Part shown: positions 11,463 to 24,309 of the stretch, one piece after another
How positions within the stretch are numbered: the first letter of the stretch is position 1
How the letters are laid out: every line of letters starts with the position of its first letter
Source: Gekko japonicus
Lineage: Eukaryota
Assembly: GCF_001447785.1 (NCBI RefSeq)
Contig: NW_015174274.1
Coordinates: 1,067,440 to 1,131,439 of the forward strand
DNA length: 64,000 bases
Direction of reading: 5' to 3'
The notes under the pieces: generated by a model
The model's input: the letters and a program-made list of their open reading frames with translations, nothing else
Database searches by the model: none
Told to the model about the DNA's origin: nothing
Translations under genes and position numbers: made by a program

Positions 11463-12966
11463 TTTTGTTCCTGTTTTGGGATATTTTTGACAGTGAGAAC
11501 GCATGCTCTTATGAACTTCATTAGCAGATATTATCCCTGAATTCTTTTACTCCTCCCTTTTAAAAATGCAACTATATGTAGGGTTGGCCATTGAATTTAG
11601 GGATGGTTTCTTCAGAACTCTAGTAATTTCAGAATGTCTGTTGAAATGCAAATTGTGCTTCATGTTTCCTCACCACTTTTAGCCATACATTGTGCCTTCT
11701 TCAATAAGTTAGCATAGACCACATGCAGATAGACAACTGCTATATTTTAGCCGCAAAAATTTGAAGCAATCCAATTACTCTCTCCTGTCCATTTACAGTG
11801 AGTCATTACGGTGGTCGAAATAAATTCCAGATTTCCCTGACAACAATTGCAGCTGAGTTTCTCATGAAGGAAGAAAAATGATTCATTTCCTTTTCTTGCT
11901 TTCCTTCACATCTGGTCTCTTGGGAGTCTCAAGTCTAACATTTTTAATTCAGTGTTTGACTGCCCCTCTCTTATCACTGTAAAGATTTATAAGGGTTGGC
12001 TGTAACCCATGGTCCACAAAAAATCCCATATGGATTCATTAAGCAAGCAAGAAATGGTGACTAAAGGCATGAACAATAAAGGTCAGGGAAAACACTAATG
12101 GGTGTCCCTGTTAGGATGTGGCTGGTTTCTACTCATTTTTATCAGGCAGGGGGAGGAGACCACCAGCTGTTGGTCTCTCAGGCATCTGAGCCAAGTCCCA
12201 CTTTTCAGCTAATGCTGTTTTCACACTACACATCTGTTCTGAAATTCACATAGCATTTAGTAACTCCAGTTAATCCAATTAGGAGCTCCAGTTAATATCC
12301 TCCACTGCAAGCAATATGTTTTTGTGAACCCATCTAAGCTACCATTACTACCTACCGGTAATACCTAGTCAAGAATGTCAACATTACTTTTCTGTAGCTC
12401 ATTTCTATATACCCTAACCTGTCTGCCATTAGCATTTTCTTTCATTTTCTACAAAACGGAATGACCTACAGTAAATTACAGACAGGAAACCTGATGCGAA
12501 GTCTTACCAATTTGTAGAACTGGCACCTTTATCCCAAATTCATTTCTGTGGAACTAAGTTTCATGGTTGTTTATTAGTTGATGCAATTATAATTTAATAT
12601 ATAGAGTTGGATCCAACTAGCTTTTTCACTGTTATCCCATTTTATCTCACATGGCTTTTGTGCATGCAGATTCCAAGATTCTCAAGCACAAACTTTTTTG
12701 ATGACTCCTCCTTCCTTTTTTGAACAGCAGAAAAGCTGGTTCGATCCAATCCATAGAGCTGCTCAGATCAGTAGCACCACACTGATCCCCTTGGTGGCTA
12801 TAAATTAAGACTAGCACTCACAGAATGCACCTGATTGGGTTATGGTGATCTATATTTTGATTGGCCAGAATTTGCATTAAACATTATGTAGGCATAGGAC
12901 TTCTCTCTATCTGGGCCACTGATAGTCTTTTCCTGCAACACCTTCCTTCTCGTAATCAAGCTTTTG

Positions 12967-13185
12967 TAGGGTTGCCAGGTCTGGGTTGGAAAATACCAGG
13001 AGACTTTGGGGGTGGATCTGGGAGAGGGCGGGGTTTGGGGAGGGGAGGGACTTCAGCATGGTACAATGCCATAAAGTCCACCCTTCAAAGCAGCCATTCT
13101 CTCCAGGGGAGCTGATTTCTGTCACCTGGAGATCAGTCGTAAAAGCAGGAGATCTCCAGGCCCGACCTGGAGGCTGGCAACCCTA
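12967..13185. mobile_element. hAT MITE (TAGGGTTGCCA family)
   Basis: Perfect TIR tagggttgcca/tggcaacccta; perfect TSD AGCTTTTG. Confidence 0.93.
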
Positions 13186-14559
13186 AGCTTTTGTGCTATA
13201 CTCCTGTTTGTCACCTTTTTATAAGTTTCACTTCCTGGCTCTGGTACATAAGGGCTGACTGACAACAATGGACATTAATGCAAGATTGTGATATGACTGT
13301 GACCAATGCATCCTGCTACAACCCCACTATTCAAAATATTTTTAAGATCCACAGAGTTTCAGTATACATGATACCCGCCAAGGCAATTAGAAGAACAGTC
13401 TGACAAATCAAAAGCAATGGGGGAATATAATCAGGGTATTCACATCAGCAACAACATCAAAGTCTTCTAAAAAGGGATACATAAATGCCTGCTTAGATTC
13501 TTGGTCCCGTCTTTGTTTTCCTCCTCTTTCTCAGCTACAGCTGTGTTTCACATCCTGCTTTCTATAATACATGGATGTATTTGTCCTTCAGTTTTCCTAA
13601 AGCAAAACCCCTCTCATTTATGAGCCAAGCTGACCTTTACCAAGTGAACCTAAGAAAACAGGTCAAAATCCTTTTGACAAGTTAGTTAACAAGAAGAGGA
13701 AGAAAAATCACTAATCGGTAACAATTCTGTTTCTCAGGATCTGACAGCTTCATTGTGGTGGGCATAAACAGACCCCAACATCTGTCGACTTAAGCTAACA
13801 TAAAATAGCACTATATATACAAACACTGGTTGAGAGGAGGGATGGGCATGAACTGGAAAAATGTGGTTTGGTTGTGGTTTGTGGCATGCCCAGTTCATGA
13901 ACCATGACCCATCATGAACTTTAGGCACCAACAAACTGGTTCAGTTTGTGAGGTTCATGATGCAGTAGAACATCCCCCCCCCAGTGTGTTAGAAACACCA
14001 AGCTCACAGGGGATCCCCAGCTATCTCTTTTCTACCTGCCCTCTAAGTTTGGTGAGGGTTGGATTTATGGGTTTTGAGTTTCGGCCCCCCAAAGAGGGTG
14101 CCCTCAGGAAAGAGCTTTCTGGGGAAATGACAGGCACAGGTTCAGAAGGTTCAAGCATGTATGGAATGGACCCTACCCAAGCTAGAAACATCAAACTCAC
14201 AGGGAACCTCCCCCCGATGCTCCTCTAGGACTCCTCCAAGTTATGTGCAGATTGCACTTCAGGGGGGGTCAGAGTTATGGCCCCCAAAGAAGATGCCCCC
14301 AGGAAAGTGCTTTTTGGGGAAATGTCAGGCAGAGGTTCAAAAGTGTACAGAATGGACCTCCTGCAAGCTACATACACCAAAAGCACAGGGAGCCTCATCC
14401 CACTCTTCTACAGCCCACTCATCCCACTCCCCAAGTTGGGGCGAGATTACATTTCTGGTGTCCCAGTTACGGATTCCCAAAAATGTCTCCGCGATGGCCA
14501 GTGCTCTCTCTAGAAAAGACAGCTGCAGTCACAGGAGACTATGGAATGGTTCAGGAACA

Positions 14560-16233
14560 ATGGCATAATGCTGGAGAATTGAGGCTCCTCCTCCGCCCTG
14601 ATGGTCCAGTCGTTGAGTGGCCTTCGGGCACAAGCTGGACTGAATGGGACAAGCGCTGGAGATCGGGTGGAATGGCGTAAAACCGAGCATGGTCAGAGAA
14701 ACTGACTGACAATGAACGTGAGTTCTGAATAAAACAGAGTAGTTTGAAAAGCGATCCGCCCCCCCCCCCCCGGTTGAAAAAANNNNNNNNNNNNNNNNNN
14801 NNNNNNNNNNNNNNNNNNNNNNNNNNNNNNNNNNNNNNNNNNNNNNNNNNNNNNNNNNNNNNNNNNNNNNNNNNNNNNNNNNNNNNNNNNNNNNNNNNNN
14901 NNNNNNNNNNNNNNNNNNNNNNNNNNNNNNNNNNNNNNNNNNNNNNNNNNNNNNNNNNNNNNNNNNNNNNNNNNNNNNNNNNNNNNNNNNNNNNNNNNNN
15001 NNNNNNNNNNNNNNNNNNNNNNNNNNNNNNNNNNNNNNNNNNNNNNNNNNNNNNNNNNNNNNNNNNNNNNNNNNNNNNNNNNNNNNNNNNNNNNNNNNNN
15101 NNNNNNNNNNNNNNNNNNNNNNNNNNNNNNNNNNNNNNNNNNNNNNNNNNNNNNNNNNNNNNNNNNNNNNNNNNNNNNNNNNNNNNNNNNNNNNNNNNNN
15201 NNNNNNNNNNNNNNNNNNNNNNNNNNNNNNNNNNNNNNNNNNNNNNNNNNNNNNNNNNNNNNNNNNNNNNNNNNNNNNNNNNNNNNNNNAGTTTTGCAGC
15301 TACAAATGGAAAAAGCTAACATGATTCTCAGGTTTCAGTGAGTTCCTGAAATGGATCGGGAAGACCTGAAGAGGGTGCTTAGTGAGAACATCGCTCCAGT
15401 AGTAGGCTTAACAGCGGATGAACTTGTAAACAAAATGGAGACAGCCTATAGGGCATACTCCAATTACATTAAAAAAATAGCCTACCTGGAGAAATAATGG
15501 TCAGGTTTTCAAGAAGACAAACCAGAGATGCCATTTTAAAAGCAACATCAGCAACTCCACTGAAAATGGGAAATGTAACCATCAAAACCTTAAAGGACAT
15601 TCCATTTGAAATTAGACAAAAGAGGAAAAATTACAAGGACTTAATTTCTTTCCTTCAAACTAATGGGATATCGTACAGATGGGCAGTTCCGGAGGGTGTC
15701 ATCTTTAAGATCAATGATAGAAGAGAGAAAATAGACTCCACTTTTAAAGCTGAAGAATTTTTGAGACGTCAGGTGGGGACAGATGAAGAGTCCAAAGAGG
15801 AAGAAACGAAGTTTAGTGACTCTGCTACCTCTGGAACAGAAGAGGACTCTGCAGCAGAAAAGGGTGCAGGACCTGCCAGAGTGGTATACGATTTTAGAGA
15901 CAGAAAACCGAAGTAAAGGCAGAAGGACTTGGACAATGGCCTTTTGAAGCGAAGAACAAGAAGATGATCAGAGATTTCTCTCATAACAACTAATAAAATA
16001 ACATATAAATAGTGAATTAAGCAAGAACTCTAAAAGTATATTGTGATATTAACACTTATAGTCTTAACATTTTTACTAACTGTGAAAAGATCTCCTCCTC
16101 TTGGGATTTTAGTTTAGTGTGGTTTGCTTTCCTTTATCCTTAGCTGTAGTCCCATCCCTAATATTTCTTTGTAGTTTTTGTAGTTTTTGCAAAATAAAAA
16201 ATATCCCTCCAGGGATTTTTTTTAAAAAAAAAC
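14560..16233 (+). mobile_element. L1-ORF1-only (HAL1-like) retroposon, near full length, partly in a gap
   Basis: After the gap: LQMEK..LRFQ*VPE...LPGEIMVRFSRRQTRDAIL...KDIPFEIRQKRK...YRWAVPEGVIFK (ORF1p RRM+CTD-like); stop at 15916, ~280-nt UTR, AATAAA and an A-rich end; no ORF2. Confidence 0.8.
14783..15289. other. Assembly gap
   Basis: N run. Confidence 1.
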
Positions 16234-17384
16234 TTGTACAGAACGGACCTCCTACAAGCTACATACACCAAAAGAACAGGGAACCTCATCCCACTCTTCT
16301 ACAGCCCACTCAGCCCACTCATCCCACTCCCCAAGTTGGGGCGAGATTACATTTCTGGTGTCCCAGTTATGGATTCCCAAAAAGGTCTCCACAGTGGCCA
16401 GTGCTCTCTCTAGAAAAGATAGCTGCAGTTACAGGAGACTATGGAATGGTTCAGGAACAAGCAAATGACCCCAAGCTCACATGGAAACGTCACCTAGGCA
16501 GACACCCCCCCAGCCAGACACTTGAAGCAAAGCAAGCATCCCCCATACACTCACAGCTCCCCCCCCCCAATCTCCAGAGGCAGGTTCTGAAGGAAAGAAA
16601 GGCAAACATTCCAGAGTTTCAACAGGGACTCCACAAAGCCTGTTTCCAGGGCTAGAGAATTCTCCCACCCTCCCCTGTTGCTTTGGAGTAGAGAATGTCT
16701 GGAAATGTATTCATTTATGAACCATTATGAACTGTTTGAAGGTTCATTCGTGAGAAGTTTGTGCTGGTCGCCCTGCCATGAACTTCACTTTGCAAACCAC
16801 AAACCGCCCAAAATTTGTCACAAACTTTAGTTTGGAAGCTGGATCGTGCCCATCCCTAGTTGAGAGATAGTTATTACAGGGCAGATTATTTATTTATTAT
16901 CACAAGATAGGGAAATACAGGATAAGACCTTTTCTTATTGTATGAGCCTTTGCAAAATGCATGTGAGATCCTGTAACTGTTGTCTGTAAATTTATTTTCC
17001 TGTTTATTTTTCATCAGATGAAAGGAAATGTTTCCTTATCAAAAGGAAACACTGCTGATGCAATAAACAAGCTTGCACAGAAAGATTAAAAATGTGTTTT
17101 TTACTTTCACCGTCTGATAACTTTATTACAAAAGCTTTTACACATTGCACTGGGCCAGAACTGGTGTAGCACTGTAGTAAAGAAGAGACTGCATTGTAAA
17201 TCAGGAAGACTCCGGTTGAATTGTACCCCTACCAGAAACCTACTAGATAGTTTTAGCCAAGCCACCCTCTCTTTCAGCTTTTATTATCACTTCTGTATCT
17301 GTAAACTGAAGATCCACTCTACAAGCTTCTTTTGAGGATTACTGTACAATGAAGTGTGAAGTGCTTTGAACACTTAAATACTGT

Positions 17385-17604
17385 TAGAGTTGCCAACCTC
17401 CAGGTGATGGCTGGAGACCTCCTGGGATTAGGACTGATCTCCAGGTGACACAGATCAGTTCAGCTGGAGGAAATGGCCGCTTTGGAAGGGGGATTCTATG
17501 GCATTATACCCAACTGAAGGCCCTCCCTTCCCCAAATCCCGCCCTCCTCAGATTCCACCCCCCAAAACCTCCAGGTATTGCCCAACCCAGAGCTGACAAC
17601 ACTA
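17385..17604. mobile_element. hAT MITE (TAGGGTTGCCA family)
   Basis: tagagttgcc/tgacaacacta; perfect TSD AATACTGT. Confidence 0.88.
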
Positions 17605-18269
17605 AATACTGTACAACCGCTAAGTGTTATTATGATAATAAATATATTAATTGTCCTAAGATACAGAGTGTAGGCGGTAAAAAAGACTACATGGTTTTCC
17701 GTACATGCAGCTTATTCCTGCTTTTCTTAGCAGTAAATCTGCTAGCATCAGAATCACACTGAGGATGGAGGTTCTGCACCTCTTCCTTTCTTCTGCATCT
17801 TCCCTGTTACTACGGTGGTTTATTCTCTTACAAACCTGCCTTAAAAATCAGTATCTTTGAACAAGGATGCTTTCAGCAGCAGCAGTGTCACATCAACCCC
17901 TCCCCTTCTCATTTGTTGTTCCTGTGCATGCGCTATATCTATATACTGCTAGAAGAGGGGCCGTGCATCAGCATGTGTGAGGATTACCATAAAGATTGTC
18001 TTGGCTGTCCTCAACCAGAGCCAGGACAAATCTAAACTGGAGTGAATGATCTGCTCCTGGGAAATTCTGAAGGTGTCTGCGTAGTGTCTGTAAAGTTCTT
18101 CTGGAAACCAGTTGTTATTGGTCACATTATTAAAAGAATAGTCGGCTCTTGAAAAAGAGAGTTTGAAATAGCAAACATCAAATGCCTGTTGAGTTTAGTG
18201 ATCCTTGGTTCATTGTTACTTCATGACTCTCAAGGAAGTCCAAGCAGAAGGATCATCTTATTTCAAGAG

Positions 18270-19947
18270 CAGTGTTCTCTGTAAGCTGCGCTAGGGTGTA
18301 CTAGCGCATATATTTCTGGAATCCAGCGCAGGGATTTTCATCCCAGCGCACAGGCCCCAGGAGTGAGTGGCCCCGGCCTCCCAATAATCAACTTACTTGG
18401 TGAGGCAGCTGGCTGCTCACTGGCTGCAGGTCTGGCACTTGGCTACAGGGCCAGCCCTCTAAAGGGAGGCAGTTGTCTGGGCCCTGCCTTACTTCCTGTT
18501 TCAACTAGAATGCCTGGAAGACCCCTCCTGCTGTGCCGCCCAAGAAGATCTGCTCTCGTGCCCCACAGGCCACTGGATCAGGTAAGTCTCCCCCTCGCCC
18601 CTCTCTGCCCAAGAGGAAGGTTGGGCTCAGGACTGGGAGACCCCCAGCAGCCATGCCACGCATTCCTCTCCCTAGCTCCAATGGGGTTTAAAGCTAAACA
18701 CAGCAAAAGGCTCTTTATGAGCCTCTTTGTTTTGGGGTGGGGGAGGGAAGGAGCCAGTTTCCAGGTGGAGGCTTGCACCGGCTTGCCTGGTTGCTGTGAG
18801 AGTCCCTGCAAGAGAAAAGCCCTTTGCATTTGTTTTGCGTTTGTTTGGGGGTGGGGGAGGGAAGGAGTCTGCTTGCCTGGTTGCCAGTGAATCCCTGGGA
18901 GAGAAAAGCCCATTGCATTTGTTTGGGGGTGGGGGAGGGAAGGAGCTGCCTTCCACGTGGAAGCTTGAGCCTTCTCAGTTGGTTGCCAGTGAGTCCCTGC
19001 GAAAGAAAAGCCCCTCATGTCTGTTTTGGTGTTGGATCCAGCCTCCCTTCATCTTAAGAGTCCCTTCAATAGCAGAAAGAGTAAACAACCTTAAACTGGA
19101 GGAAGGCTTCAAACTTCAATTACTGGAGTGGTAGCGGAAGGGTAGGAGCCACAAGGTGACTTGAATATTCTGTGCTGAGATTTGCAGCTTTCAAATGTGA
19201 TGTTGCAAGAAAACATCTTCCCTTTTCATAGAATCACAGAGTTGGAAGGAGCCATACAGGCCATCTAGTCCAGCCCCCTGCTCAATGGAGGATCAGTCTA
19301 GAGCATCCCTGACAAGTGTAATCTATCTGCTTGGTTCATAACATTTTTTTGTAAGTTGTTTGAACAGGTGCACTTAAATTGTGCAAAATAGTCTCTCTCC
19401 AGTTCATTATATTTTCCAATGTGGCTTTCAGAGTTACGTTGGCTTGGGGAACTGGTGGGGCATCAGGTCCCTCAAGGTTGGTTGGAGAGGGTGGGAGGGG
19501 ATGGAGGTGGCTGTTGTAAGTGGGAAGCTGGGAGGATGGAGATTCTGGTGGGGGTCTTTTAGTAGCGGTTTTAAGGACAGATGGGCCAATGAGACCCATC
19601 CAGTCCAACAGTCTGTGTCACACACACTGGCCAAAACCCAGGTGCCATCAGAGTTCCACCAGCCGTGCAAGAACTACAGAAGCCCTCCCACTATTGCCCT
19701 CCTGGCTTAAATTAGAACATTTTCTGTAATGAGACTTGATACTCTTTTCAGTTAGAATGTTTAAATCATTATTAAAATTATTCTCACAAAGTTACGATAA
19801 CAGTTATGTTTACATTTCATGTTTGTATATTTTGTATGTTCATAAACTGATATTTAAAAAAATGTAGGCTGGCTCACAACTTTTCTGCCTTGGCTCACAA
19901 AGAATTTTCTTTTGCACACAGAACTTCAGAGCTTAGAGGGAACACTG
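18270..19947. mobile_element. Non-autonomous DNA element (CAGTGTTCCCTCTAAG TIR) with internal tandem repeats and nested CR1-type fragments
   Basis: cagtgttctctgtaagct/agcttagagggaacactg; tandem units at 18730-19030; reversed CR1 3' end at 19228-19320; TSD not recognisable. Confidence 0.6.
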
Positions 19948-21550
19948 AGTTCTTGCATTTATGGACTTCATGTATTTCTACTTCATTTAAGGATTGACCA
20001 TACAGTGTTGTAGTGGTTGGAAGGGACTTTTCTAATCTTATGTGAAGCATTTTGTGTGTTAGTAAATGGGATGGCATATAAGTATAATTATGTAATTATA
20101 AAGCACGTTAATTTTTTATAAACATACATGTTATTAGTTTAAATGCATTCTTTATAGTATTGTTATATATTGTTTTCACGGTTCTGGAAATTGTTTTGGC
20201 TTGTTTACAACTGTGTTCCCAGACTGTTTATAGCTATTTATTTGCAGGCCCTGCAGACAAGCACTTTGCAGTGCAATCCTAAACAGAGTTATCTCCTTCT
20301 AAGCAGGTTGTTTTTGTGGTCACAGTGTGAGTGCGTGTACTTTTGCCTCGCCACCATCATGTTTAAATCAGTCTGAAAGGACACACAGTGCTCTCTGTTG
20401 CTTGTGTTGCAACAAACATTGCTATTCCTCAGAACTTAAATAAAGGTAAATATAATGCACTTTAATCTTCAGCCTGCCTGCCAATTACAGCTCAACCATT
20501 CTGGGTACATGGGAGAAATATTCACAGCAGAAACACAAAAGTAATGGATTTGATGCTGTTTTCCCACCAAACTGAACTCTGGTGCTGTTTCCCCTGTGGG
20601 TAGTAGTGCTGCTGCAATACTGTACTGGCAGATGAAGAAATTGGGAATGTTTCAACTTAAACAGGCACTTATGACTAAACTTCTCCTCCTGACTCCTCCT
20701 TGCTAGCCGCAAAGGCATGCTTTATTTATTCAAAATGTGCCAGACCAGTGGAAAACTCATGTTGTGTAAACCAGAGCTGCAGACCTTCCTCACTCAGAAA
20801 CTCCTGCATCAACCAGTTAGATTCAAATACTCACAGGGAGATTCTGCACTGGCTTTTCCCTCCGTTGTTTTACCAGACCCAGCTGAAACAGCACTGCATG
20901 CTGCTTTCACTTCCTTTGATCACTGGATTTTATGGTACCCTCTGCACTGCATGCCGCTTTTGCTTTCTTTGATCATCAGGTTTTATGGTACTCTCGGGGG
21001 TGACTTTGCAGTCAGTACAGCATTGCCCCAAGGTATCTGAATGTGGTTTTGAGCTGCACCTTTTCCTCGGTGTTGAGAAAATGTGGTGCGAATGCTAGTT
21101 GCAGAATTGCCCATAGATGTACATGTATATACACATACACTGATGAAGTCACTATCTTAATGCTCTGCATTGTAGAATAAACATTATTTTGAATAACTGT
21201 TTACCATCTTGTGTTCAGACATTAAGGAGGCACCAATGGAAACCATTAAGAGTGATCCAAGCCTGTAGCCAGGTTTTTTTTTAATTCAGGGGGCCTTTAA
21301 ATAAGTCGGGGGGCAGCCCGCACAGACATCCCCACAACCCCTCAAGGGAGCAACACAAATAAAAAATTGGCAGTCAGTGGGCCTGAACTGGATGGGAAGT
21401 CGGGAGGCCTTGGTAGTAAGTCAGGGGGGGGCAAGATTCCCCACTGTAGCTAGAGACCTGGAGTGATCCTAGTTCCTGTGACCAGCACCTCCTCCTCACC
21501 CCAGTCCTGTTAGCTATGGCTAACCCTAATTAGCTATTGCTTTCTCTTCT

Positions 21551-21881
21551 TAGGGCTGCCAAGTGGGGGCGGGTGGCGGGTAAACCCCCGCTTTGGAGGC
21601 CCAATTTCCGACGCCACGGAATCGGGCCCCGGGGGAACCCCACCCCTGTGTGCATGTCACCAGGAAGTGATGTGGGCCCGCCGGGCACGCCCGGGGGGGG
21701 GGCACCCCCCCACAAGGGAAAACTCTATGGTTTTCCCTTGTGTGGCCATGGCCCCGCCCCAGCGTGCCTGGCATCCTCCCGTCACTTCCGGGTGACGTGC
21801 GTGTGGCATGCGCGTGCTTTGCGCGCACACGCACCAGCCGGGAGCCCCCTGCTCTCGGCGAAGATACACTTGGCAACCTTA
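21551..21881. mobile_element. Young CpG-rich hAT MITE
   Basis: tagggctgcca/tggcaacctta; perfect TSD TCTCTTCT. Confidence 0.92.
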
Positions 21882-22650
21882 TCTCTTCTCCACTTCTCAC
21901 TCTACTTTGGCAATTTATAGTCATCATAAAAATGCTTCAGTGCCTACATGGCTTATACAGAGTATAGTTCCTTGTGGCAGCAGAAATGTATGCAAGTGCA
22001 CTACTTGGGTGTGGCTGGACTATGTGGGAGTTCCTGCACTAGTGCCAGCAGTTCCAGTAAAATTGTATCTGTAGTATAAGAGGCAGCCTTGACATCATGG
22101 AGACCGAGAGTGTTGCAGTGAGCTTATGTTATCTCTGCAATGTGAAAGCCCAACTGCACCAAAACGTATTCAGAGTCTATCACATTACCAAGGTTATATA
22201 TGAATCGGGCTTCACTGAGAATCATTTGCAGCTTTGATTGGCAGCTTGTGAATAAAGGGAAACTACTGGATCCAAGTTCCATCAGGCTCTAAGCACCAGG
22301 GCCATATGCCTTCTTTTTCTCTTGTTTATTAATAGCAAAAGCACTTGAAGCAAGACAGCTTAGAAAGGAAGTATTCATTCTGTCTACTCTTGAAAAATAT
22401 CTATTGCAGGGGACTGGAATTAATTGGTAGTAACACTGGTCCTGATCCCAATGCATGTAGATTACCCATGCCCACACAGCTCCCCAGTAGGTGCCAACAG
22501 CACTTCTTCCCTGGTGGCTAAATGGCTAATCTAGTGTTCAACTAATCAAAGACAGGAAACTGAAAGCAGATGTTAACTTAATCATATTATGACACAGAGA
22601 AAGAACGTCCGTTTGGGGAGGAAATGATAAAATGTGAAATATAAAAATGA

Positions 22651-22844
22651 TAAAACACATTTTTCTCCTTATATGTAAAATGTGAGTTTTGACAGATGCC
22701 TAACTGAATCAAACGTTGCTTAAACCTGAATACTGAATATCTGTAAAACACATTTTTCTCCTTATATGTAAACTGTGAGTTTTGACAGATGCCTAACTGA
22801 AGTATGAAATCAAACATTGCTTAAACCTGAATACTGAATGTCTG
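22651..22844. repeat. Tandem duplication, ~95-bp unit x2
   Basis: taaaacacatttttctcc...gaatactgaat occurs twice. Confidence 0.85.
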
Positions 22845-24309
22845 AAGAAGGATTTGCAAACATTTACTGAGAAGTCCCCAATGCACAAAGTGTTAGGAAC
22901 CAATTTCTTCTGGCTACATTTTGTCTGCAGATACTAAGAGTGATTTCCCCCCCTTAAAAACAGAATGAAATTTAGCCATTTGCTGTAATATAGGAAGGCT
23001 TTTAAGCAGCAAATGAAGGCACAAAAAATCGGAGAATATACACACCTCTCCCAGTGGACTTTCATGCACTGCAGGAGTGTGTTCTGTGCAGTAAAAATGT
23101 TCCAAGAGGTTCTAAGCCAAAGGAACATTTGGGGTGGCTGCACAAACAGCTGCACTTGGGATGAATCTCCATGGGCTGAATTACATACTCAGTTTGGTCA
23201 AAGCTCCATCTAGTCATTTTTGGAAATGTCTACCATGTATTTTTAAAACTATGAGAAAAAAACCCAGAGTTCTCTGGTTTCATTTTTATAGCATATAAAG
23301 GTCTTGGAGTTCCCCTGGAAAGTACATAGGATGTCTGCCTACCAAAGTCAAAGTTGCTTGGAAACTGTACAACAAATAGAAGGACCAAGGGGCATATGAC
23401 TGGTGGCCACATCTTCCTTTGCCTGGAATCATCAAATGTAACAGTGGGTTGTGCAAAACAGTGACTTGCAAAGACCTTTGGCCTGTTTCAGGAAATAGCT
23501 GCTGAAGGCAGTGGCTCCTAAATTCAAATGCAGCTCTGGATAGTGACAAAGGCATGGCTTTGCTAACAGAGATTATACTCAAAATGTTCTATGCTGTCTC
23601 CTCTAGATGGGAGAGAAATTGCAGTGGGCGCAAAACTCTAGAAAAACTCTGGGGTGAATATCTACTCCTAATTAATACTCAAAATCTGGTGTCATGGAAC
23701 TCTTCCATAATAGCTGTTTAGGCGTATATTTTATTTACAGGCGTTGTGTATTGATTACAGCAGCAGACCAGGACAGTGGAAACCCATGTTGAAATTCCCA
23801 TTCAGCCACAGCATTCTGTTTTATTACATGATTCCATTCCACTTTTCCCATTTGTATCCTTGAAATGACCCTGTGAGGTATATTATAGTTAGAGAGAGCA
23901 ACTGGCCCAAGATCACCAAAGCTGCATCCTCACAAGGGCACAGAAATGCACCCCTGCCACGGCAGCAGTAGCAAGTGGTGCAGAACAGGTGAAAATAGTG
24001 TCCACACCCCCATTCCATCTCCGTTTGCTGCTGTCACAAACCCCGTCCACTGCTCTTCCCCCTTCTCGCCATCATGCGGGCTCCAAAGAGCCGGCATGAT
24101 ACTGATCACATCAGTATGCCCCTGCAGGCCACATCCTCACTTTCCCTGTCCCACCTGATCTGTACTATAGTGGAACTAAACAGCTCTGCAGGGAATGGGG
24201 GAAAAGCCCTTTAAAGTGATGAGAGGCATAGTACAAGGAACAAGCTGACAACATGCATAATTTTGAAAGCTCTGCACCCTAGCTACACCAGGGCAAGGAG
24301 GAGGAGGAC

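Larger units (their letters stand above)
13837..16858. mobile_element. Non-autonomous hAT element (AGGGATGGGCA TIR) with internal ~185-bp tandem modules, interrupted by a HAL1-like insertion
   Basis: gagggatgggca/tgcccatcccta; perfect TSD GTTGAGAG at 13829-13836 and 16859-16866. Confidence 0.85.

Noticed and set aside
11799-11885. AP-1 sites (TGAGTCA 11799; also 7255, 32973, 40457, 44814, 48111) as an enhancer network
   Set aside because: About 8 such 7-mers are expected by chance in 64 kb, so there is no enrichment and no support without chromatin data.
14693-15322. Long X-containing ORFs here and at 26711-27526
   Set aside because: Artefacts of translating N gaps.
18730-19030. Repeat array resembling CRISPR or a coding repeat
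   Set aside because: Degenerate internal tandem units of a eukaryotic DNA element; no spacers or cas genes.
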